Origin: Candidatus Latescibacterota bacterium
Lineage (GTDB): Bacteria; Latescibacterota; UBA2968; GCA-2709665
Direction: 5' to 3'
Length of the DNA: 64,000 nt
Assembly: GCA_965203805.1 (NCBI GenBank)
Contig: OZ241917.1
Span: 3,360,001-3,424,000 of the forward strand
Shown in pieces: positions 41,301 to 49,228 of this stretch (positions within the stretch are counted from its first letter, which is position 1; every line of letters begins with the position of its first letter). Both the position numbers and the translations under genes were made by a program. The notes beneath the pieces were generated by a model. That model was not told the origin of the DNA. It searched no databases and worked only from the letters and a program-made list of their open reading frames with translations.

Positions 41301-41836
41301 TCGACGAGACCACTGACGAATGGGATGGCTGGAGTAACGGACGGGAACGGCTGAAACGCGGCCTGATCCTGCACAAGCTGATGGAGGAAGTGCTCACCGG
41401 TGAAACGCCTGAAGAGGAATGCGCGTTACGGGGCCGCGCCGCGGAACTCATCGACCAGCAGGACCTCGACGACGCCGCGGACCCGTCGTCCGATATTTCG
41501 AGCGTCCGGATGGCGGCCATGGTCGTCCGGACCCTGAATCGCCCGGAGATCGCGTCCCTTCGGCCGAGCCTCGTGCCCGAATGCTGGGTCTACGGCCGCA
41601 CGGTCAACGGGAAGGAGATTTCAATCACGGCGGGCATCGCCGATGCCGTTGCCGTTGACGAGGAAGGCCGCATCGAAGTGGTGGTGGACTGGAAGAGCGA
41701 CACATTTGTCCGGGAGAACCAGGTCTTGCTGTACCGTGAACAGGTCCGGGATTATCTGAAGGCCACCGGCGCGAAAACCGGGCTTATCGTGTTCCTCAAT
41801 TCGGACCGCATCGAGACGGTTGTGCGGGAAAACTGA
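38396..41836 (+). CDS. AddA/UvrD-like SF1 helicase with C-terminal RecB-type nuclease
   Basis: EAGAGSGKT, TFTEAAA, TIHGFC, VDEFQDTD, VGDPKQAIYRFRGAD, TMHSAKGLEW, YVALTRA, and GIADAV..VDWKSD. ATG at 38396. Confidence 0.9.
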   Translation: MRCEKQQAAPADVDARIQALTHHHRTLLVEAGAGSGKTALMAGRAALLVAGGVAPKRIAAITFTEAAAAELLERIERIVKDLLSGKELPELEPALPEGLRESQRANLKEGADSLDELTCTTIHGFCQKLIAPYPVESGRDPGATILDPGAADLVFEDLVNAWLSARFGRDPRRDGLGRTPPVTPASPDGEDLFAAMMLKSPDETLKLIGETAHFLKEHRTAGAAVSNVDREAHGRFVSAVRDFARWYRESGIEEPGTAAIVDDLLAVAEALGESRARTVSGERLTRLLHHRRPAACKKNETKFRRWRALGKWKTAAKTAGLSASLGGQRFESGLGLYDACGEAYVAFCNSLGSIAFERFVAEFDEIRKLYRNFKRDAALLDFDDLLYQARDLLRDHEPVRAALAARYSHVLVDEFQDTDPLQAEIIWRLGREGPPREPWQDGPIRPGALFLVGDPKQAIYRFRGADVQTYLAARRALSTRDPASILRITANFRSRAPILDYVNTHFEGLLRSSEGQPGFTPLSATREAGDDAAVAAFDIEPGEGQSTGNQRVSAHRVRELEAGVVADVVESLIGAFPVFDNEAGGSRTARPIDIALLAPTGASLWIYERALEERGIPIATQAGKGFFRRQEVQDLIAVARAISDARDTLAFGALIRGPLVGLSDEQIADEIHTLRVESERAVHLDVRTDPSTVRSPVLRDTLEVLQRLREKRHRATPYQILAEAIEALHVRPILGARHRGGAERALANVELTLEMSRHYAGRGIEDFARALWQRWEDEEAQVEGRHDAATDAVSIITMHSAKGLEWPIVIPINSATGRQHPEKFLYRRRDDSVHFKIFGYAGSEHAEARLEELEEQDRERVRLWYVALTRARDLLLLPRQRERSRSDWWSLIDIDVDSLPAFDTGRYTGSDVTPDDPESNLQDGATWEREREAIAAHRRTISWHRPSRPEDTGAREDEPATVSSGHESVDETTDEWDGWSNGRERLKRGLILHKLMEEVLTGETPEEECALRGRAAELIDQQDLDDAADPSSDISSVRMAAMVVRTLNRPEIASLRPSLVPECWVYGRTVNGKEISITAGIADAVAVDEEGRIEVVVDWKSDTFVRENQVLLYREQVRDYLKATGAKTGLIVFLNSDRIETVVREN

Positions 41837-41957
41837 ATCGTGGGTCCATTCGTACGCTCCGTAATGTCGTGAAGGTGTCGGAGCGGAACGGTAGAGAAGG
41901 GGTTCCCAGGCGTTTCTCCATCAGTAATTGTTGTTATCCATCCCGTTGAGAAACCAC

Positions 41958-43142
41958 ATGCGAATTGTCCACGTCAATCAATTCTATATCCCGGGATTGA
42001 GCTACCAGGAGAACATCCTGCCGCATGAACAGGCGAAACTTGGACACGAAGTGTGGATCCTCACAAGCGATCGCCTTCCTCACCCGAAGAAATACCCCGA
42101 ATCGAGGGATCGGCTTCCCCAGGGTCTATTCCGGGAAGATTCCGTTCGGATCTGGCGGCTGCCCTCGTTTGTACCCATCAAGAGCCGGGGGCAGGTGTAT
42201 ATCCGGAACCTGAACCGTACCATCTACAGACTCCGTCCAGACGTTGTTAACACCCATGGGTTGAGGTTCTTTCCCGTACTTCAGGTCTTATCCAAACGCC
42301 CGTTTTTCGTCCACGTGGGCGATGACCATTCGGACAACGGCAATCTGCCCGCGGGACCCGGCAACGTCATCCGGTTCGGAATTGGAAGACAGGTGTGCAG
42401 AAAAATCGGCCGCCTCGGCAGCAAGGTCTTTGCGTCCAATCCTTTCGCTGAATGGTTCGTGAAGCAGGTGTACGACGCGAAGCCGGAAAGCGTTCATCTT
42501 CTCCCGCTGGGCGTCAATACGTATACATTCTATCCCGATTCCGTGAAACGCGAGGCATGGCGTGCCAAATTGTCAATCCCGGACGATGCGTGCCTGTTCA
42601 TCACGTCCGGTCGGCTGACGCACGGCAAGGGATTCGAGCTCCTTTTCAGGTCCTTCGCGGAGGCCCACCGCCAATACCCGGCCGCAAGACTCGCGATCGC
42701 GGGATCCGGTACTCAGGAATACGAAGCGCAACTGCGCGCCCTTGCCAAAGCCCTGGGCATTGCGGACGTTGTGACCTTTCTCAAGTGGATGTCGGAAGGC
42801 GATCTCTGCGCCTGTTACAACGCCTCGGACGTGGGGGTGATGCCCGGCAAGCTGGGCGGAATGAAGGAAATCCTCGGCGTCGGCCGCCCCCTCATCGCGC
42901 CCAACCATCTCGCGACAGCCTACCTGGTTGAAAGCAAGAACGGCATTGCTTTCACACCCGACGATCGCGCGAGTCTTGCCAGTGCGATGCTGGACTATGC
43001 CGGGAACCCTGAACTCAGGAATCGGCATGGTAAGGCCTCTCTTCACGTGTCCGGACACCATCTCTCGTGGGCCGAGATTGCGCGAGACAGCATTCGGGTG
43101 TACGAAGAGTTGCTGGGCGGTGCTGAAAACACAGAGCCGTAA
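41958..43142 (+). CDS. GT4 glycosyltransferase
   Basis: GT-B pattern: SGRLTHGKGFE, YNASDVGVMP and LSWAEIA. Confidence 0.85.
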   Translation: MRIVHVNQFYIPGLSYQENILPHEQAKLGHEVWILTSDRLPHPKKYPESRDRLPQGLFREDSVRIWRLPSFVPIKSRGQVYIRNLNRTIYRLRPDVVNTHGLRFFPVLQVLSKRPFFVHVGDDHSDNGNLPAGPGNVIRFGIGRQVCRKIGRLGSKVFASNPFAEWFVKQVYDAKPESVHLLPLGVNTYTFYPDSVKREAWRAKLSIPDDACLFITSGRLTHGKGFELLFRSFAEAHRQYPAARLAIAGSGTQEYEAQLRALAKALGIADVVTFLKWMSEGDLCACYNASDVGVMPGKLGGMKEILGVGRPLIAPNHLATAYLVESKNGIAFTPDDRASLASAMLDYAGNPELRNRHGKASLHVSGHHLSWAEIARDSIRVYEELLGGAENTEP

Positions 43143-43170
43143 GCGGTCATAAGGCGATCTTCGCACCCGA

Positions 43171-44043
43171 ATGCGATGGCAATCCATACCCATTCCACCA
43201 TCCGAGGCGCCGGTTTTGCCCGATAACGCACCATCGCTTTCCGTCATCATCGTCAACGTCGACACCGCGAAGTGGCTGAAGCCATGCCTCGAATCGCTGC
43301 AGGAACAGGATATATCCGAATCGATTGAAGTGGTGGTGGTGGACAATGGATCCGGTGACGGCTCCGCGGACATGGTGCGGCACAATTTCCCGGCCGTCAG
43401 ACTGATACGGCTGGAAAGGACCGTCGGATTCGGTACGGCCAACAATTTTGGCGCGAAGCGCTCCGCGGCGCCGGTGCTTCTGTTTCTGAATCCGGATACC
43501 AGATTGGGTGAAGGCAGCCTGTCAGCGCTGTTGCCGAGGTTCGCGGAACGTACGGACTGTGGAATCGCGGGGGGTGTTGTCTTCGACGGCAAGGGCGTGT
43601 TGGAGCGTTCAACGGGATCGTTCCCGACACTGTGCAGTATGGCATTGGGGCGTTTTCTCAAAACCCTTCCGCCTGCCCGCCCATTGCTGGGACGTCTTAC
43701 GCATCAGCATTGGACCGGCTACGATAAACCCCGCCGGGTGGACTGGGTTACCGGCGCCTATCTCTGGATTCGCCGGGAGGTATTCGAAAAGGCCGGGGGA
43801 TTCGACCCACGGATTTTCATGTACTGTGAAGACGTGGACCTCTGCTATCGGGTCCGGCAGCTTGGGTTCGAGGTCCGGTTTTATCCTGAAGCGTCGATCG
43901 TTCATTACGGCGGCAAATCCCGGGTGCCGCGCCCGCGCAAGAAGATGCTGTACGAAAGCCTTCGCTACTTCGCCGACAAACACTACAGGTCTCCCAGATA
44001 CTGTCTGACACGATGCGCCTTCCGGATATTGTCGAAACGATAG
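43171..44043 (+). CDS. GT2 glycosyltransferase (rhamnosyltransferase-like)
   Basis: VVDNGSGDGS, GFGTANN, FLNPDT, DWVTGA and GFDPRIFMYCEDVDLC motifs. Confidence 0.9.
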   Translation: MRWQSIPIPPSEAPVLPDNAPSLSVIIVNVDTAKWLKPCLESLQEQDISESIEVVVVDNGSGDGSADMVRHNFPAVRLIRLERTVGFGTANNFGAKRSAAPVLLFLNPDTRLGEGSLSALLPRFAERTDCGIAGGVVFDGKGVLERSTGSFPTLCSMALGRFLKTLPPARPLLGRLTHQHWTGYDKPRRVDWVTGAYLWIRREVFEKAGGFDPRIFMYCEDVDLCYRVRQLGFEVRFYPEASIVHYGGKSRVPRPRKKMLYESLRYFADKHYRSPRYCLTRCAFRILSKR

Positions 44044-44047
44044 CGCC

Positions 44048-46324
44048 ATGTCCGATCTCCAAAAGTCTCCTTCAATAGAGCAGTCCCGCCATACGCTCAT
44101 CCGACCCACGATCGTCGCCGCCGTGTTCCTTGCGCTGCATCTCCTGCCGCTTTTCTGGCGGCCCAACCCGTTGTGGGGCGTGGACTTCCTCTTCTATCTG
44201 CCCGCGCCGGTCCAGGCGCTTTTCGTCCTTCTTTCCGTCCTCCTGTTTGTTCCCGGGTTTCGCCGGCAGGTCCGCGCTGCGGCATCCACCCTTCCCTTCT
44301 CGCTATGGGGTCGGGGCCGCAGCGTCCGGATCACGCGGATCCTGCTTCTGTTCGTCGCCCTCGCCGCCTTTGTCGCATTGTCTTCCGCCCGCCATTTTCT
44401 GGGCGACGGGTACCACGTTCTGGAAAAATTGGACGCGGAAACGTGGCACGACGCTTATCGGGCCCCGTTCACAAACACCGTCATAGGTGCGCTGCACGGC
44501 CTGGGCAGCGCTTTGTGGCAAACTCCCGAGAACACCTACCGCGTATACAGCTACGTTTCCGGGATTCTCTACGTCTTTCTTTCCTTCCCGGTTGCCGCTG
44601 TCGTTGGAAAAAACGCCCTGGAGAAATCCATCGTCCTGGCGTTTCTCCTGACTTCGGGATTCATACAACAATTCTTCGGATACGTAGAGAATTACGCACT
44701 GTACATGCCCTGCCTGCTAATCTACCTCTACCTGGGAATACGAACACAGGAATACCGTATACCGCTTTTCGTTCCCGCGCTTGTGATGGGCGTGATGCTT
44801 GCTCTTCACCCGGCTCTCGCTGTGTTCGCACCCTCCCTGCTCTTCCTCGCCTACCGCACCTATCGCCACGGGAAAAACAGCGCCACCCCCTGGAAAAACG
44901 TCGCGAACACCCTGGCCGCGCTCTGCTGCGTTCCTGCCACGACCGCACCGCTTCTGGTGTTAAGCGGCGTGGGATTCAGAGCTTTTCTGTTGAGCATGAG
45001 CAGCGGGGACGTGCTTCCCGTGTTTGCCGAACCCGGCTTCTATGCGCAATACCGCCTCTTCTCTATTGCGCATGTGTTGGACTTTTCCAACCAGCAGCTG
45101 CTGGCGGCCCCTGCGGCATTCATGGTCCTGTTCCTTTGCCGGAAGAGGGATCCGGGCCGCCACGCCTTCCTCGTGTTGTGCGCCATCGTCCCTCTCTTCT
45201 TCACGTTTACTGCAAGAGCCAACATCGGCGCTTTCCGGGACTGGGACGTTCTATCTTTGTCCGCGCTGCCGTTCACGGTGTTGATGGCCGCGGCATTCCT
45301 GGAACGAATACGCAACCGCGAACAACGCTTCCACAGCGCATTTCTTGTCTGTGGGGCGGCCGCTCTCCATACTGTCCTCTGGATTGGTCTAAATGCGAGC
45401 GCCGGACCCGCGGAAGCACGGTTTACCACTCAGTTGGGAAGACTCACCGGCCACGCGAGCGCCACCGGCTGGGTTACCCTTGCGAAATTTCACCGTGGGC
45501 AACAGAATCTTCCAGCAGCCCTCGTTGCATACAAACGCGCGTTGGACGCCGATCCCTCAAATCCCAACCGATCGTTGGCCTATGGCGCGGCTCTTAGAGA
45601 GATGGGCCGGCATACGAGCGCCGTAGAGAACTTTAAAAAAGCCATCGCGCTCCGACCGGATCACGCCGTCCCGTATATGAACCTTGGCGCGGCGTTCAGC
45701 GATCTCGGCCAATTCGATAAAGCCATCGAATACACGAGGAAAGCGATCGCTTTACAGCCGGGCAACGCCACGGCGCACCGGAACCTGGGCGGGATGTACA
45801 GGATGACAGGGCAGGTCGCGAAAGCGATCGAAGCCCTCGAAAGAGCCGCCGCGCTGCGACCTGGCCACGCCGCTACTTTCGGCAATCTCGGCGCCATGTA
45901 CCAGGAGGCCGGGAAATCCGCAGAGGCAATCGAGAATTTCGAAAAATCCATCGCGTTACGACCTCACCATATCGGCACATTGGTGGACCTCTCCGTCGCG
46001 TACAGCGATGCGGGACAGTACACCCGTGCGATCGCGGCTCTCAAGAGAGCAGTCGCGCTCCAGCCAAACCACTTCACGGCGTACCTGAACCTCGGCGCCG
46101 TTCATAACAGAATCGGCGAGTTTGCCACAGGCATAACGTACCTCAAGAAATCCCTTGAAATTCAGCCCGACCATCCGGTCGCTCACGTGAATCTCGGACT
46201 GAACTATCGGGCCCAGGGCCTGTACAAACAGTCGATCGAACATTTCGAGAAAGCGCTGGAACTCGAGCCCAACCATCCACAAGCGGCGCAGATCAAGCAA
46301 TGGATGGAGCAAATCCGCGAATAA
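44048..46324 (+). CDS. Polytopic membrane protein with C-terminal TPR array (paralogue 1)
   Basis: About 12 TM helices (GDGY, GYVENY, RDWD motifs), followed by 34-aa TPR repeats (NLG..Y..A..L.P). Confidence 0.85.
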   Translation: MSDLQKSPSIEQSRHTLIRPTIVAAVFLALHLLPLFWRPNPLWGVDFLFYLPAPVQALFVLLSVLLFVPGFRRQVRAAASTLPFSLWGRGRSVRITRILLLFVALAAFVALSSARHFLGDGYHVLEKLDAETWHDAYRAPFTNTVIGALHGLGSALWQTPENTYRVYSYVSGILYVFLSFPVAAVVGKNALEKSIVLAFLLTSGFIQQFFGYVENYALYMPCLLIYLYLGIRTQEYRIPLFVPALVMGVMLALHPALAVFAPSLLFLAYRTYRHGKNSATPWKNVANTLAALCCVPATTAPLLVLSGVGFRAFLLSMSSGDVLPVFAEPGFYAQYRLFSIAHVLDFSNQQLLAAPAAFMVLFLCRKRDPGRHAFLVLCAIVPLFFTFTARANIGAFRDWDVLSLSALPFTVLMAAAFLERIRNREQRFHSAFLVCGAAALHTVLWIGLNASAGPAEARFTTQLGRLTGHASATGWVTLAKFHRGQQNLPAALVAYKRALDADPSNPNRSLAYGAALREMGRHTSAVENFKKAIALRPDHAVPYMNLGAAFSDLGQFDKAIEYTRKAIALQPGNATAHRNLGGMYRMTGQVAKAIEALERAAALRPGHAATFGNLGAMYQEAGKSAEAIENFEKSIALRPHHIGTLVDLSVAYSDAGQYTRAIAALKRAVALQPNHFTAYLNLGAVHNRIGEFATGITYLKKSLEIQPDHPVAHVNLGLNYRAQGLYKQSIEHFEKALELEPNHPQAAQIKQWMEQIRE

Positions 46325-46465
46325 CAGACCGTCCGATTCCATTTCATCGAGAGCAGGCCGGAGCAATAATCCTAACGTGTTTCAGACCTGGCAGAGTTCA
46401 GCCTCTCCAGGTTCGTCCTCGTCCTCTATCGCCAATACTACGCTCGCGACAAGAAAGACCGCGAC

Positions 46466-48859
46466 ATGAGCATCAATCCCACCGCAGATTCGAGCCAGGA
46501 AACAAGCCCCGTTTCTTTGAAACCCACGGTCATCGCCGCTATTTTCCTCGGGCTCCACGTCCTTCCGCTTTTCTGGCGGCCCAACCCGCTGTGGGGCGTG
46601 GACTTCCTCTTCTACCTGCCCACCACCGTCCAGGCGCTTTTCGTCCTTCTTGCCGTCCTCCTGTTTGTTCCCGGATTTCGCCGGCAAGTCCGCGCCACGG
46701 CGGCCACCCTTCCCTTCTCGCTGTCGGGCCGGAGCCGCCGGGTATTGGTCACGCGGACCCTGCTTCTGTTCATTGCCGTCGCCGCCTTTATCGCATTTTC
46801 CTCCGCCCGCCATTTCCTGGGCGACGGTTATCACGTCCTGGAGAAATTGGATGCGGATACGTGGCACGACGCTTACCGGGCGCCGTTCACCTATGCCGTA
46901 ATTGGTACGCTACACCGCCTGGGCAGCGCCCTGTGGGAAACCGCCGAAAACACGTACCGCGTTTACAGCTACGTTTCCGGAACTCTTTACGTTCTGATTT
47001 CCTTCCCTGTCGCAGCGGTTTTGGGAAAAGACGATTTGGAGAAATCCATCGTCCTGGCGTTCCTCCTGACAACGGGTTACATACAACAATTCTTCGGATA
47101 CGTGGAAAATTATGCCGTCTACCTGCCGGGCTTACTCATTTACATTTTCCTTGGACTACGTAACCTCGAACAACGTATGCCCCTCTTCGTTCCCGCACTG
47201 GCGCTGGGCATGCTCGTCTCATTCCATCGCGTCCTCGCAATTATCGGGCCATCCCTTCTATTTCTGGCCTACGATGATTTTCGTCGCAGACAGGATAGTA
47301 TCTCTACAGGAAGAAACATCCTTGTTACCGCGGCCGCCCTTTGCTGCGTCCCTCTGAGTACCGCGCTTTTCCTGACGTTGAGCGGAGTCGGGTTCGAGGC
47401 CTTTTTCGGCCGAACGGGTAGCGGCGAATTCCTGCCACTCTTCCGGGAACCCGGATTCTATGCGCAGTATCGCATGTTCTCGTTTCCTCATCTTGTTGAC
47501 TTTGTGAATCTGCTACTGCTCTCGGCGCCTGCGGCATGTCTGGCCCTATTCCTTATGCGGAAGGAAATATTGGGCCGCCACGCCTTCCTCGTGTTGTGCG
47601 CCATCGTCCCTCTTTTCTTCACGTTAATTGCAAAAGCCAACATCGGCGCTTTCCGGGATTGGGACGTTCTCTCCCTGCCCGCCCTGCCGTTGACTTTGTT
47701 GGCGGCCGCCGCATTCCTGGAACGAATTCCCAACCGGGAGCAACGCTTTCACAGCGCATTTCTTGTCTGCGGGGCGGCCGGACTCCATACTGTCCTCTGG
47801 ATTGGTCTCAATGCGAGCGCCGGGCCCGCGGAAGCACGGTTTGCCAGTCAGTTGGGCAGACTCACCGGCCACGCCAGCGCCACCGGCTGGACCACCATGG
47901 CGAAGTTCCATCGACAGCAGGGAAATACGTCATCGGCGATCGAGGCATATAAACGAGCGCTGGGCACCGATCGGACCAATCCCTACCGATGGTTGAGTTT
48001 TGGTGCGGCTCTTAGAGAGATGGGCCGGCATACGAGCGCTATTGAGGCCTTCAAGAAAGCCATCGAACTCCGACCGGACATGGCGGCTTCATACATGAAC
48101 CTGGGAGCGGCATACAGCGATCTCGGCCAGGTCGAAAAAGCCATCGAATACACGAGGGAAGCCATCGCTATACAGCCGGGCAACGCCACGGCGCACAGCA
48201 ACCTCGGCGCCATTTACAGCAAGGCCGGGCAAGTCGCGAAGTCGATCAAACACCTCGAAAAAGCCGCCGCGCTGCGACCTGACCACGCGGCCACTCTTGG
48301 AAATCTTGGCGCCATGTACCGTGAAGCTGGTAAATATACAAGAGCGATCACGGCCTTGAAGAAAGCGGTGACGATTCAGCCTGAAGATGCCACCGACTGT
48401 TTGAATCTCGGCGTCGTTTACTGCGACGTCGGGCAGTTCGACAACGCCATCGAATACCTGAATAAGGCCCTCGAAATTGACCCAAGCTACGTGTTGGCGT
48501 ACGTGAACATCGGCTATGCATACAAACGCCAGGGAAAGTATCCTTTGGCCATTGAATACTTTGAGAAAGCGCTCGAACTTCAGACAGGCCGCGCACAATT
48601 TCAGACCTTTCTGGTCATTGGCGACACGTACTACAAGATGAGCGAACTCGAAAAAGCGATACCCTATTTTCAAAAGGCCATTCGACTGAACCCCGGCCAC
48701 GGAAACGCACATCTGCTCCTGGGCCTGGCCTACCGAGACCTGAAACGTGGTGACGAGGCCAGGGTTCATTTCGAGAAGACCCTGCAACTCGAGCCCGAAC
48801 ATCCGCAGGCGGCGCAGATCAAACTGTGGATCGAGGGAGTTGGCGAAGGAAGGATATGA
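46466..48859 (+). CDS. Polytopic membrane protein with C-terminal TPR array (paralogue 2)
   Basis: Colinear paralogue of 44048-46324, 39 aa longer (about one extra TPR). Confidence 0.85.
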   Translation: MSINPTADSSQETSPVSLKPTVIAAIFLGLHVLPLFWRPNPLWGVDFLFYLPTTVQALFVLLAVLLFVPGFRRQVRATAATLPFSLSGRSRRVLVTRTLLLFIAVAAFIAFSSARHFLGDGYHVLEKLDADTWHDAYRAPFTYAVIGTLHRLGSALWETAENTYRVYSYVSGTLYVLISFPVAAVLGKDDLEKSIVLAFLLTTGYIQQFFGYVENYAVYLPGLLIYIFLGLRNLEQRMPLFVPALALGMLVSFHRVLAIIGPSLLFLAYDDFRRRQDSISTGRNILVTAAALCCVPLSTALFLTLSGVGFEAFFGRTGSGEFLPLFREPGFYAQYRMFSFPHLVDFVNLLLLSAPAACLALFLMRKEILGRHAFLVLCAIVPLFFTLIAKANIGAFRDWDVLSLPALPLTLLAAAAFLERIPNREQRFHSAFLVCGAAGLHTVLWIGLNASAGPAEARFASQLGRLTGHASATGWTTMAKFHRQQGNTSSAIEAYKRALGTDRTNPYRWLSFGAALREMGRHTSAIEAFKKAIELRPDMAASYMNLGAAYSDLGQVEKAIEYTREAIAIQPGNATAHSNLGAIYSKAGQVAKSIKHLEKAAALRPDHAATLGNLGAMYREAGKYTRAITALKKAVTIQPEDATDCLNLGVVYCDVGQFDNAIEYLNKALEIDPSYVLAYVNIGYAYKRQGKYPLAIEYFEKALELQTGRAQFQTFLVIGDTYYKMSELEKAIPYFQKAIRLNPGHGNAHLLLGLAYRDLKRGDEARVHFEKTLQLEPEHPQAAQIKLWIEGVGEGRI

Positions 48860-48916
48860 ATGCGTGACGGATCGGGCTTACCGGGATGGGCGCGCGGGCT
48901 ACCGGGTTGGGATCGT

Positions 48917-49228
48917 GCCGGCGACGACCCGCGACCGCGCAAGGTGTGCGGACCTCTTAACCTCAATACGACAAAAGCAGCAACGCTCCACCGCGACAAG
49001 ACCTTCCGAATTGGGCCGAAAAGGTCGTCAGGAAGGGAATTTTTTCCGTTCACGTCCAGTGACCTGAAGGATCATGGAAATCAGCAGTTAAATCACCTTT
49101 AATCACTTGCGTATATTCGATTTAACGTCACCGAAGAATGACGAATCATAGTTAAACACCAGCCCCCAATCGATAACCGACACGCGGCTGGTTGAATATG
49201 TACGTGGGCCTTCTCGCGTCGTCACCCA
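48917..49228 (+). repeat. 312-bp exact direct repeat, copy 1 (copy 2 at 63211-63522)
   Basis: Identical from GCCGGCGACGACCC to GTCGTCACCCA at an offset of 14294 bp. Confidence 0.95.
48957..49155 (-). mobile_element. 199-bp MITE-like element, copy 2
   Basis: TTAACCTCAATACG ... CGAATCATAGTTAA imperfect terminal inverted repeats. Same length as the 22008-22206 copy. Confidence 0.75.

Noticed and set aside
3136-46366. Long antisense or alternate-frame ORFs (e.g. 3311-4369, 15837-17150, 24943-26421, 39071-40582)
   Set aside because: Shadows of GC-rich real genes. They overlap well-supported CDS and have no family motifs.
44048-48859. Diversity-generating retroelement TR/VR pair
   Set aside because: Both copies are full-length genes, the differences are not adenine-specific, and there is no intact reverse transcriptase.
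48747-49102. ORFs 48860-49102, 48766-49053, 63073-63396 and 63036-63347
   Set aside because: They run across the 312-bp repeat and the 199-bp element, with unrelated halves outside it. Treated as non-coding.
48957-49155. Integron attC site (GTTTAAC ... GTTAAGA on the minus strand, directly after a stop codon)
   Set aside because: At 199 bp it is longer than typical attC and not palindromic along its length. The 22-kb copy lacks the GTT core, and the only tyrosine recombinase is a canonical XerD without the IntI insertion.
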